DNA of 63,246 bases, counting the filler, from Intoshia linei (lineage: Eukaryota; Animalia; Orthonectida): assembly GCA_001642005.1 (NCBI GenBank). It is 4 parts of 4 records of this genome, joined end to end, with 100 filler letters (N's around TTAATTAATTAA, not from the genome) between each part and the next. Parts side by side here need not be neighbours in the genome. Positions count along the whole stretch, not along the records: positions 49,295 to 60,986 come from LWCA01001150.1; positions 61,087 to 63,246 come from LWCA01002405.1; 2 more parts are not named here. One strand, written 5' to 3'. The notes beneath the pieces were generated by a model. That model had not been told where the DNA came from and searched no databases. It worked only from the letters and a program-made list of their open reading frames with translations. Made by a program: the position numbers and the translations under genes. Below are positions 51,910-63,246 of the stretch, one piece after another (position 1 is the first letter of the stretch; every line of letters begins with the position of its first letter).

Positions 51910-52089
51910 ATTTAAAGATTTCTATTTTGATGAACCCCTATGTACCTGTACATATTGCAATTTATCAAACGAGACATTGCAATTGCATCTCAAACAAAAT
52001 AAATTGTTGTCTATCATTTTAAATTCAGTTGGATAAAGTTTTAGAATATTGCTGATTTTTTTCTGTCTCGATTTTGGATTTTTTGGTAT
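51910..52089 (-). pseudogene. Remnant of CGGBP1-like zinc-finger N-terminus of a hAT-related transposase
   Basis: IPKNPKSRQKKISNILKLYPTEFKMIDNNLFCLRCNCNVSFDKLQYVQVHRGSSK* has a LFCxxC..V..H pattern. The start codon is lost and a stop falls at the expected last His. Confidence 0.55.
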
Positions 52090-52450
52090 ACTTATATATC
52101 AATAGTACAAAAAGTAACATATTATTTTTATAACAAATCGTAATCAGTAAAATTCAAAATAAAATGCACGTGTAACAATTAAATATTTCAAAATGTAACT
52201 TTATTAACCTAAATTTTTTTTAATTAGTCAATTAATATGGATAATTTTGGTACCACCATGTTTGAAATTTGAAACTAATTAACATATCAAAAATTAATTT
52301 TATTAACTTTTGCTTGCCCTATTGATAATATATTAAAAGTTATTCTCTATAAATGCGTAGATTTCTGAAGATGAAATTTTGTATCTAGATCAACTGGGAT
52401 AGGCTGTACCATGAATATCTTTTTTTAAATTCTAAGACTATTGGTTATTG

Positions 52451-53496
52451 CAGCGTTTCCCAAATGGCGATCCGCGAACCAGTACTGATCCGTGAAAAAT
52501 TTTTACTACAATTGTAATTAAATGTTGCCTAGTAATTTTATTTTAATGGTGCGCGATATAATATATGTTATAAATTATTACCGGTCCCTAGTGATTGTGC
52601 CGGGAAAAAAACGGAGATAAAATTTCTGGGATATTTAATAATTTCCGGGAATTAAATTGTCCGAGATTTTTACGATTTACCGAAAAAAATTGAAACATAC
52701 CTGTATTTGATTAATGCTTGTTATTACTATGAAAATATAATTATATTATTATATACCAAATATTATAATATTTAAAATTTACCATTTCAAAAATCCCGCT
52801 AAAAACTAATAAAATTTAATCAAAAATACCATTTCAAGCCCTCATGGAAAAATTGACTTACATCGATATTCTTTTAAAAAATCCGATGTTACGAAATCTT
52901 ATGAATAAAATCCACTTCATCAAACCACAAATAAAAAATCTAATTTTAAATAAATAAATTTTCTAGTCTTTAATGGAAAAATATCATTTTTCCAATACTT
53001 TTTTTAAAAACCTCTTATTCCAATTACAAATTACTAACGCTTAAGGGAATTATCCTCTTTTTCCAATATTATTTTGAAAAATATTATGAGTTGTTACGAA
53101 CTAGAACGCTATTATTAAGATGTTAAAATTAAAGGAAACTCTTATGACCGTTCAACCTACGTTAACACAAAATAAAAGAAATTTCTCTACTGTTTCTAAT
53201 TTCGTTACAAAACGTAAAACGCGTTTAAAAGACGAATCTATCAATATTATGTGTGTTTTGAGACACTTTTTCAACAATCTAAAATAAATTTTTTTCTAAT
53301 TAAATTTGTAAATTTCAATCTAGATTCGTGTTATTTCATTAATTAAATTTCTTTTTGTTTCTAAAATTAATTAAGGCCTCTAAAATTTTTAATGCTAATA
53401 TATTATATATGAATAAATTTTTTTATTTTTCACGGGAAATTCCCGGGACCCGAGAAATCACAATCACAACCCCATTAAAAAGTGTGGCAAACCCTG
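52451..53496. mobile_element. hAT MITE with nested insertions
   Basis: TIRs CAGCGTTTCCCA / TGGCAAACCCTG with a perfect 8-bp TSD GGTTATTG (52443-52450 and 53497-53504). Confidence 0.8.
52589..53469 (+). mobile_element. Internally deleted hAT transposon
   Basis: TIRs TAGTGATTGTG / CACAATCACAA and CCGGGA subterminal motifs. 53126-53286 encodes LMTVQPTLTQNKRNFSTVSNFVTKRKTRLKDESINIMCVLRHFF, a decayed hAT dimerisation domain. Confidence 0.7.
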
Positions 53497-54536
53497 GGTT
53501 ATTGAATAATGCTTGTTTTCATAAAATATTTACCAAAAACAATGAATACCAACTTAGGTATTACCAAAGTAGTTTTTTCGCCGTGAAGGCGTTACTTTAC
53601 GAGATTGAAAATTTTTATCAAATTTTGTGTGCTATGTGTACTACACATTATGTATTATTGGATATAAATTTGAGCTGTTATTTTTTTAAAAATTCTAGAA
53701 TTTCTTCAATACATATATTAGTATTTAAAAAAAAAAAATTTTTTTCAAAGTTCTGGGACAGTTAATTTTCTATATAAATGGTTACATACACCCAGACTTT
53801 TACTTTATAGTTTTATCATCTTTTACTTTATATAAGTGAGGAGGGTAATATAAATAAAACAATTATTAAAAAAGTGATTTTAATTTTATAATAATTTTTC
53901 ATTGGTGAACGCGTTAGTTTTGGAGATTGACATTATTTTAAACTTCTACGACCCTTAATTTTTTGATTTTTCAAAAAAATCAATATTATAGTTTGGGTTT
54001 TTGACAGTGAAAATACAAATTTATGAGTGTGTAATTTATTTTGCTTTCTGCGCCGGAATTTAATTTTGTTTTTTGCATTTCTGTGACTCAGTTTTCTATT
54101 TTATAACATAAATGGTTACACACAGACACACATTTTTGGCTATTTTTCCTTTACACATATACATTGTATACTATTATATATTATTATTTTATAGTATATT
54201 TTATAGTATATAGTATATTGTACATTATCTGTATAAAATAAAATGTATAAAAATGGAAAAATAAAATTTTGAGTAATTTAAAGTAGACCAGAAAACCGGA
54301 TGACAGGTAAAATGGACCTGCTCCATGATTCAAAAGTGTATAGATCTATATTTTAATTTTTATATTTTTTATTAAACCAAAAAATCAATAAAACAAAGTA
54401 ATATAAATTGATGAATTTCCTATTAAGTTTCCTGAATCAAAATAATAAAATAATATCAAACATGTAATTGTAAATGTCGTTAAATATTGAAAAATATGAA
54501 AAAAAAGTACGTAAAATACATTAAAATATATTGTAG

Positions 54537-55343
54537 TTAAACTAAATTTGTGCAATAAATACCATTATTGTCAGATTGATAATTATTTGGGTATTGATTT
54601 TTGTAATTATTCATTGTTGGGTTTTTTTGAAAATTGTTTTTCCGATAATTATTCATCACATCAAAAAGTTTGGAAGAAGCAGAGGAATCGAATGAATTAC
54701 TGGAAGAACTACAACTTTTGTCATTGATAACATTATCATCGAATTCACTATTCAAATTAGAATTTGATGTGTTTGAATATATTTTATATTTGCGTTTAAC
54801 TTTAGATTTCATGTTTAGATTTTTATTGTAAATTTTGTCAGTATAATTCTTTGCATTATTTTTTAAAAGTTTTTTGTGTTTTTTGGTAATTAAATTATTT
54901 TCATTAAATTCTACATTATTTAATCCATCTTCAATTTTTAAAAGTTTCACATTTTGTTTTATAATATTTTTAATAAATAACGTTTTGTACTTTTCGCGTA
55001 TTGTGGGTTCCTTGCAATTTACTTTTTTTAATGATAAATTGTATTTATTGTAACCGTCGCAGTTTTCCAGAGAATACTTTCTGTAATTGTTCAAAGCGTC
55101 TTGCAATAAAATGTCTCCTTTCAGTAATTTATAATGGGTTGTTCCTTTTTTAATCATGTTGCATTTAATTTTACATTTACATTTTGAGGATAAGCACAAT
55201 AGGTAATTTTGTACATTTTGACAGTTTTTTTGACATTGAGACAAAATTGCTGCAATGATGTGCTCAACAGTTGTTTTATGGTTAATGTTACTGACATATT
55301 TATTACCGTATCCTGTATGCACCTTAATCTCTTCAGTTTCCAT
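54537..55343 (-). CDS. Protein with probable N-terminal Ras-association domain (RASSF7-10-like)
   Basis: 268-aa ORF. EIKVHTGYGNKYVSNINHKTTVEHIIAAIL resembles the N-RASSF pattern ELKVWV..VCGV..TTCQEVVIAL, followed by a coiled-coil-like segment and a Ser-rich tail. Confidence 0.5.
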   Translation of the reverse strand: METEEIKVHTGYGNKYVSNINHKTTVEHIIAAILSQCQKNCQNVQNYLLCLSSKCKCKIKCNMIKKGTTHYKLLKGDILLQDALNNYRKYSLENCDGYNKYNLSLKKVNCKEPTIREKYKTLFIKNIIKQNVKLLKIEDGLNNVEFNENNLITKKHKKLLKNNAKNYTDKIYNKNLNMKSKVKRKYKIYSNTSNSNLNSEFDDNVINDKSCSSSSNSFDSSASSKLFDVMNNYRKNNFQKNPTMNNYKNQYPNNYQSDNNGIYCTNLV

Positions 55344-56951
55344 TCTAAATGTAAAATGTAAAAATTTTTATTATACCTTACATTAAAATGAATTAATTGC
55401 CATTAAATACTACAAAACGGTATTAAACTTAATTAAACATGTTAAAATATAATTAACAATAACTAAATGCAATTAGACATAATTTAACACAAGTATACAC
55501 TTTATACACTGTTGTACACAATTACGGATTTCACTATACTTCTAGTATATAAAATCTAACCTTATAAGAGTATGTATTTAATGAAATGGATAATGTATAA
55601 ATTATTGAATTTACCATTAAACGTATTGAATGGTGTCACAAGTAGTACAATCAATGTTACAGTACACTTTTTTAACTTGTATGGTAGTGTGTTGCAAAGT
55701 ATTCCTCTTGGAATTTTTATTCACAAGTAACGCTTAGAATTAAATTTGAAATCAAGATTTGTAATAAAATTGTAAAAATGTAATGAAAGCATAATTTCAT
55801 AATGAGTGTTTTTATATCATAATGATTTATTTAACTTTATAACCACAGTTGGTACGTATTTAATTTCGCACAATTGTCATGTATTATTCCGATTGGCTTG
55901 CTTTATTTATTGAATCATTAATCAATAAGGTAAAGTACTATTTTAATGATTCTTGTTAAAGTTTAATAATTTTGCCAATAATCACTTTATTAATTTGAAA
56001 GAATATTACAATGTGTTACAGTTATACAATACAATAATCTATATCAGTATTTGTTTAACAATGACCCTGAGATCGCATAAGGTGTAGATGTTGCGAAACG
56101 TCATTAAGAAAGAAGTAAACATTTTGGTTTTGGTGCATAATTCGCTTGGTAAAACGATAATATTCATCAGAATAATGCCATGTCAAGGTTAATCTTAGAT
56201 TAAATTTAGTAATGCGACGATTCCTAAATTTTATACGATGCAGATTCCGATGCGATTCCAAATATTTTTGAATTATACTATTTTTGATAGTTTTATTTTT
56301 TTTTAATTAGAAAAATAACCAAGAATAAACCAATGTATAGAAATACGAAATAAATGACTAAGAAACATAGTAAAAATACTTGAAATAAATTAATTAATAT
56401 CAGAACAAAATAATTTTAAATTTTAATGTTAAAATATTAGCTTTTTACCAGTTATACCACACATTCTATTTTGGTTTGGAGAACAGACATAACCTACAAC
56501 CTGAAAATAATTAAACCTTCAATTGAAGAAGGATGAGAAGATAAATATTGTTTTACAAGTACACCAATATTTATACACCTTTTTGTAAACCAACATTCGG
56601 AAAATTTAATTATTTTATTGTATTGAACGATAATCCATATGCAATTAATTTTAATTAAAAAAAATCTGCTATTTTTTTAAAAAAAAGTCGTAAAGAATCG
56701 TCGCATCACTAATTAAATTTACAAAAAAATTATATTATTTAGCTAACATATTAAATAAAATAAAATATTAAATTTTGTCGACAAATAACATTGAATCAAG
56801 ATGTTTTTGTAGACGTTTCAAGATTACTTTGTTTACCATTATAGTAGTTTATATGATTTTAATTTTTAAGCAAGTCACAAAATGTCATCAGGTTGTATAT
56901 TCTGACACAATCGAAGTTTTGAAATAATCATATCTAACTATACTTTAATAG

Positions 56952-57303
56952 TCACCTGGCGGGACGTGGAGAGCCGGCAGTAAACTCCTTAATTTTATTC
57001 ATAATTTATGGCTATTTGACATTTTGGATTAACTGTTCTTGTCCAGTTAAAGCATCCGAAAATGATGATGAAATGATTAAAAGGTGTAATATTCTAAAAA
57101 TAATAAATTTAACAGTGTCTCGAATTGTTGAATTTTCTTTGGAAAAATTTAAGCTACACCAAGATTATCTTGAAGCAAATATGAACGAGATTCAACAGGC
57201 TTCCGCTGAAAAAACATTATTTGTATTTCAAAAAGCACTAATAATATTAAAAAAGGAAGATGAAATTCAGAAAGTTGCTAGTTTATTAAATATAAAAATA
57301 TGA
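56952..57303 (+). CDS. Hypothetical protein, terminal exon
   Basis: Open frame from an acceptor near 56951 to TGA 57303 with helical composition. No family recognised and the start is unresolved. Confidence 0.4.
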
Positions 57304-57830
57304 CATTGTGAATCTTCGCACATTGAATACAGTTAAAACTAAAAATATTTTCGAAATGATGATTATGACCAAAAATAACATAATTAATATAATAATATAA
57401 TATAATAAATAAGATTTCAGTATATTCAACATTTACTAAAGAGTCCGTAATAATGTTTTTTAGACAGAGATAGTCTTGCTAAAATTAAATTTTTTGATTC
57501 TCCGGGCGATAGCTCAAAATGTTGATAATGTCTGTTCTAAATTATCTCTAATATCAAGGTTTCACATTTTTTCATTTAATTTTGATTTTATAAAAAAATC
57601 ATAAAACGTATAAAATAATGATATAAAATAGTTGGATTTTTGAAATTTTATTAAAACGTTGTTAATGATTCATTGGATGTGAAAGCGACAAATAACAGGT
57701 GACCATTACCATTTTACTCAAATAATTTGAGTAATGTAAAATCACGCGTAGATTGAAATATTCGATCGAAGAAAATCGAAATGCACGGTCAATCATTTCT
57801 TGCAAAAATGTTTAATAATTTATTCATATA

Positions 57831-58202
57831 TTAAAACAAACTAATTAATTCATTATTTTTGTGTAAATTATGGATTTCAGAACAATCTCCAATAAATTTT
57901 TTGTTAATGTATATTTGAGGGACCTATTAAATCAAAAATATTTATAGAAAATCCATACATAAAATTACTGTTCTGATTCCATTCTGAGATAAGAGATAAT
58001 CTTGAATATCGGAAATCGTTTTTTTGTTATCTTTGAAAATAAGGTCCAAATAATAAACATGAAAGTCGCTTCGTTCGAGTATATTCTTTTTGATTAAATC
58101 ATTGAATAACTTTTCAGTTTTAACACAAAAGGGGCAAAACGATTTACCAATTAAAACTACTTTTTTATAGTTTGATAAATACTTAGCAATTATTTCAGAC
58201 AT
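57831..58202 (-). CDS. GLRX: Dithiol glutaredoxin
   Basis: Exons 58202-57969 and 57923-57831. CPFC active site, RT|VPQIYINKKFIGD motif. Confidence 0.92.
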
Positions 58203-58419
58203 GTGTATAATATATATACTTTATAAACAAATAAAAAGTTGAATGTTATATTCATAACGACGTAAATATTTTAATAGCCATGTAAATTTTACAATTAAAT
58301 TTAAAGTTTAAAGATTCAATTACAAGAATTGTTTTAACTCATTTTTAAAATTGTTATTAAGAATGAGTATAATATCAAGCAATTTTGAACGGGGTCAATG
58401 TGGACCCCTTGGGGATATT

Positions 58420-58902
58420 ATTGGTACTGAATATATATCATCACATTGAAAATGACAAAATAGGTTTTTATAATTTTATTTTTTCTGGAATTTATGATAT
58501 TTATGACAATTTTTAAGATTGGACTGTTTTTACTTTATTTTTAATATTATACACACATTTTGTCTAATAAAATTGGACTGTTTTTACTTTATTTTTAATA
58601 TTATACACACATTCTGTCTAATAAAATTAAAAATGACATAACAATTGTTTTTACAATTCTTTACGCAAATGTTAACAAACATAAATTAAGATGGAATAAT
58701 TCACTTTAAAGTAAAAATTAATGTGATATGATGCTTTCACCTGAAACAAGTTTGGGAACCACTTCTTTAAAGGATTGATAATTGTGAATAGTAGGATTTT
58801 TCAGTTAGATTTTCAACGTGAATTTATTTTTTTGGTATAATAAAAATGTACCCTCGGCAGAGCTAGGTGTGGTTTGTACGTAGTACATAACAGTCAACCT
58901 AG
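58420..58902 (+). mobile_element. Helitron-like element, 3' part
   Basis: Colinear with 26070-26492. Ends CCCTCGGCAGAGCTAGG..TGTACGTAGTACATAACAGTCAACCTAG|T and has an internal ~55-bp tandem duplication. Confidence 0.7.
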
Positions 58903-59484
58903 TTCTTATATATTACTTTAACCATAGTTGTTAATATTATAAAATGGCCGAAATGCCATTTTCAAATGGTAACTGTATGAAATCTATGAGATCATTTTTT
59001 ATATTTTATTTTTCTATGTAAAATGATGTGCTCTATCGTTTAGTCATAATTGAAATCATCGATAATTTTGACCTTCGACCAGTGTTTTGTAATGAAAATG
59101 ATTGCAAGAAATGAAATTTCAGGGTTGCTTGAAGAAGTGTCAATTTTAGAATCTAAATTTTGTAAAAATTTAAATTAATTGGGATTCTCAATGTGTAAAG
59201 TAAACCATACATTAACGAATACAAATACGTTTGAAACGTCATGTTTCATCTATATTTGCATTAACAATTAATTCACCATTGTATAATCTACATTATACAA
59301 ACTTTGCATCATGTTAGTAGAGTATTGTATTAAAATGTCTGTATTTTTCGCAGTTTTTATCAATTCCTAAACAACAAAAATTGTCGCTATAAATTATACA
59401 AATTGAAAAAGTCAGTTTTGAATATTTATTATTTTAAATTATATTATCTGGAATTATATTTATTTTTTAATACAACAAAAAAAA

Positions 59485-59555
59485 TGGTCCCGCCGGGATT
59501 CGATCCCGGATCTATGGATTCAAAGTCCATCGTGCTACCATTACACTACAGGACC
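59485..59555 (-). tRNA. tRNA-Gln(TTG)
   Basis: 71-nt cloverleaf GGTCCTG-TA-GTGT-AATGGTA-GCAC-G-ATGGA-CTTTGAA-TCCAT-AGAT-CCGGG-ATCGAAT-CCCGG-CGGGACC-A, followed by a T8 Pol III terminator. Confidence 0.93.
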
Positions 59556-59908
59556 TTGCAAAACTGTTAGAAATTAAATATATGTACCAAATTTTAAATC
59601 AATATAAATTACTGTTAATTTTGGAATTAACACAATATAATGATGAAATGGTACTAAAAATATTTAATTAATATTAAAATAATTATGCCAACAGTTACGA
59701 TTTTAAACTTACTAATACAAAAATGTTTGTAACTATAGAGTAAAAATTTAAATTAAATTACACAAAGTAAATATTTGGAATAAAAGTGTTCATTCCAATT
59801 ACACATACGTTGATATAAAATGCTTTGAATAAAGAGTGTTAATCTTAATTAAACAGATATTCGAGTTGAATCCAATCAAATAATTGAAACATTTTCGAGT
59901 ATTAGTTA

Positions 59909-60308
59909 ATGTCTGGAAGAGGTTCACTTTTAAATCAAATTCAAAAAGGCAAAAAACTTGCACCGTCAGCACATAAAACTAAAGATACCAGTGCACCTGT
60001 TATAAGTAGTAGTGCAGGTTAGTACATTTATATTTTTTGTTTATATAGATTAATTCATTTTATTGTTTGGATTTTATGCCAATCTTACAATTTTATGACA
60101 TTATATTTGTACTATTGTTTATAAATTTATTTCTTTTCGTTTAGGTAACGGTGGAGGCGGTGGTGGTGGAGGATTATTTCCTAATGGAATTCCAGCATTG
60201 GGTAGCAATCGGGGTGGTAATTTTTTAGATTTATATTTGTTAGGGTGTCAAAGTTATCATTCATACCGATAATGATAATTTTATTTTACAGGTTATGGCT
60301 TTTGTTAA
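59909..60308 (+). CDS. 65-aa WH2-domain microprotein resembling the WIP/verprolin N-terminus
   Basis: Exons 59909-60017, 60145-60216, 60292-60308 (phase 1) give MSGRGSLLNQIQKGKKLAPSAHKTKDTSAPVISSSAGNGGGGGGGLFPNGIPALGSNRGGYGFC. Confidence 0.7.
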
Positions 60309-61165
60309 TAACCATGAATCGTCGTGTGTCGTGTTAAAAAATATTTGACATTATTCAATAATCACTAAGATACTAAGAAAAATATAGAGGAATAATCCGT
60401 ACACGTGTTTAATTTTATTTGATATGTTCGATGTTTGAAGTTATTTATATTTTGTCATTGACATCATTGATGGATGAGTTTGATTTTAGTTCATTTTATT
60501 AGGCTAAACTTGATATGCTCTATTAAGTTTAAAGCGTGATTAGTTCAAGGTTTTATATCGAAATTTTTAAATTTACTTAATGGCTAATTCTATAGGCTTA
60601 ATGTTTTTCAATTTGTAGGTTAATTTTGTATACATTTCTGTATATCAGTTTAAATTATTAGTTAACGATTAACTTTTTATTTTGTCTATTATGGGTTTTC
60701 ATAATTTTATATATAACGTTCAAGATCATGAAAAAACGCGTACTTATTAGAAAATAACCATTAGACATATGACTAATTCAAAAAATAAGTTAATTATAAA
60801 TGCCTAATAAAATAATTCAACTGATAAATTCAACTATATATCACTCCTAGAGGCATCCCATAGTTCTGTCATCACCTTTATGCATCGCTTGGCAACAATA
60901 TTTGTTCTAGGAACTTTAATAATGGAAGGTTCGAAATTCCAATGATTTAAAAAACACTTTTTTGCTTTAGGGTACTTTTCTAGTGCNNNNNNNNNNNNNN
61001 NNNNNNNNNNNNNNNNNNNNNNNNNNNNNNTTAATTAATTAANNNNNNNNNNNNNNNNNNNNNNNNNNNNNNNNNNNNNNNNNNNNCTGAAATCCATGTT
61101 TTATTTACATGTGTGAACAATTAATTACTTTATTTACATTATATAATACTTTTATTTTATTCAAT

Positions 61166-61900
61166 ATGACTTGTTGTCAATTGGACTTTGATTTTGGTCA
61201 TTATTTTGATTATGATTTGAACCTAAATAAAATACCTTCAAGAAAAGATGTTCTTCGAAGAATATTATGTTTGAAACAAAGTAAAAAAGTATTCGTTTTC
61301 AGAATAATTAGTGGTGAATTGAGTGAAATATATATTAAAACTGGGTTAAACATTATTGGAAGAAAGAGGATGGAAGACAATTAATAAAGTTATATAGTGA
61401 ATATAGAAATAGCCTCTATATTCTAAGGTCATCAAGGCATCAAAAGGTTATAAAAAATATTAAATAATATTACTTCTAGAGAATTTCAAGTATCAACTTT
61501 AAATTTTCCAAAGGATAATTGCTGAGATTTAAATGTNGGACTTTGCTTTTGGTCATTATTTTGATTATGATTTGAACCTAAATAAAATACCTTCAAGAAA
61601 AGATGTTCTTCGAAGAATATTATGTTTGAAACAAAGTAAAAAAGTATTCGTTTTCAGAATAATTAGTGGTGAATTGAGTGAAATATATATTAAAACTGGG
61701 TTAAACATTATTGGAAGAAAGAGGATGGAAGACAATTAATAAAGTTATATAGTGAATATAGAATAGCCTCTATATTCTAAGGTCATCAAGGCATCAAAAA
61801 GTTATAAAAAATATTAAAATTAATATTAAATAATATTACTTCTAGAGAATTTCAAGTATCAACTTTAAATTTTCCAAAGGATAATTGCTGAGATTTAAAT
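61166..61900 (+). pseudogene. Decayed transposase-like ORF fragment present twice in tandem
   Basis: IPSRKDVLRRIL..ELSEIYIKTGL..KLYSEYR with a stop. The ~350-bp direct duplication is joined at a single N (61537). Confidence 0.35.
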
Positions 61901-63246
61901 GTATCATTATTAAAAATGATTATAAGGTGATATTTTTAAATTTTTTGATCAATTTTGCCATTAATTTATGTTCCATATACAGCCAAATTCAATAAACCGA
62001 TTGTTTGTTTTGAATCCACTATATTATAGAAGTAAATATAAATTGTACAATTTTAGTTTAATTCAGGTTAACCAAAATGATTAATATGTCCATGAAGTTT
62101 TTATTTTTTATTTATATTTTATGGAATGTAAAATTTTAAATGAAGGTCAAATTTAAATGAATAATGTTGACAATATATAGATTAAAAAACTTACAATTAC
62201 TATTATTAACGAGACTGACAACTAAATTTTTTGAACTACGAAGATCATTTAAAGAAAATGGATAATGTTCTGTTTATCCTTGGGGTATATAATATCGCCG
62301 CTCCTGAATAATACCATGAAATCATGCCAATGAAATTAATGTTTTTGTAAGGTTTAAAATATTATACAATCCTTTATAATATTGACTTTAGTTATCAAGA
62401 GTACGTAATATATTTGATTTTAATCTAGTTGGTGGCTACATTATATATTATAAAAGTTAAACAGTACAGTATTTTACATAATGTATGTAATTTTATTTGC
62501 TTAATTTAGATACAATATTTACCAATTAACAATAAATAAAAAAAATAAATTAATTTATAAATTAATTTTCATTATTTAATGTTTTATTGTAAATTTTAAT
62601 ATTTTATTTTAATGTTCAAATGCATTATAAAATTAATTACTTCATAGCATATTTTTAAACATGATTGCAACAATATTGTCAACAAATTTTCACTCGCTGT
62701 AGTCGTAACCCACAACCGAAAAGTTGGTTTATCTTTTAAGTTTTTTAATATCTATATTTAAACATAAACCAATAATATTTTTATTTATTTTACATTACAC
62801 ATTAAGGTGTTTCACGGGTCGTTCCAAAAAATATCCTTAAAGTTTAAAATGATTAACATGAGGACATGTATTTCTAAAATAATATCTATTTCAACATATT
62901 TTTAACCAATTCCCAATAGTTTTGTTAGCCTGGCAATTTATAGTTTTTTTATATGTTTATTACATGTACATAGTCTATGAAAAAAATATTTCAGCGTTAT
63001 CAAAATTTAGGGGGCGCTGCAACGAATATTATTAAAAATGTCAAATATGTTATTTTTGACAAAAAAATATAACCTTTATGTATTTTGTATTATGGAGATG
63101 TGAGCCTTAAAAATGTCTTTATCCACTGATGTATTCTGAAATGTCAAGGATATTATTGTGTTTTCTAAAAGCTTACATAGTTGAAAGTGGACAGTGGAAA
63201 ATTTTATAAATAATGTGAATCAAACTTGAAATAAAATTAAACTATA

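Noticed and set aside
57660-57800. GC-richer stretch 3' of glutaredoxin examined as a SECIS element or small ORF
   Set aside because: There is no SECIS quartet geometry, no in-frame TGA in GLRX, and the 44-aa frame has no recognisable motif.
61183-61900. Two near-identical ORFs suggesting tandem gene duplication
   Set aside because: The duplication is joined at a single N (61537) next to a gap, so it is probably an artefact. The ORF is also interrupted by a stop.

Overview
This is very AT-rich eukaryotic (metazoan) genomic DNA from a draft scaffold, with three N-gaps carrying a TTAATTAATTAA spacer and two single-N overlap duplications. Genes are compact and most introns are tiny (35-57 nt), so the ORF track misses or fragments most of them. 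This style fits a reduced invertebrate parasite genome such as an orthonectid, which is an inference only. Manual splicing recovers: a Cys-rich CXXC/furin-like modular protein running off the window start, ZMIZ1/2, DALRD3, cystinosin, a very divergent TBP-related factor (TRF2/TBPL1-like), SKA1, an interrupted Mist1/dimmed-type bHLH with a GC-AG intron, a tail-less Vps10-like protein, the isolated C-terminal tail of KIF23/MKLP1, an RA-domain protein, glutaredoxin, tRNA-Gln(TTG) and a 65-aa WH2/verprolin-like microprotein. Intergenic DNA and long introns are filled with a non-autonomous Helitron-like family, hAT and Tc1/mariner MITEs, one decayed full-length DD34E Tc1, and a ~100-bp repeat-bearing element. 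The most notable observation is a pair of symmetric phase-1 exons of the Cys-rich gene lying between the 5' and 3' parts of a Helitron. All calls were made by eye, and no database searches were run.
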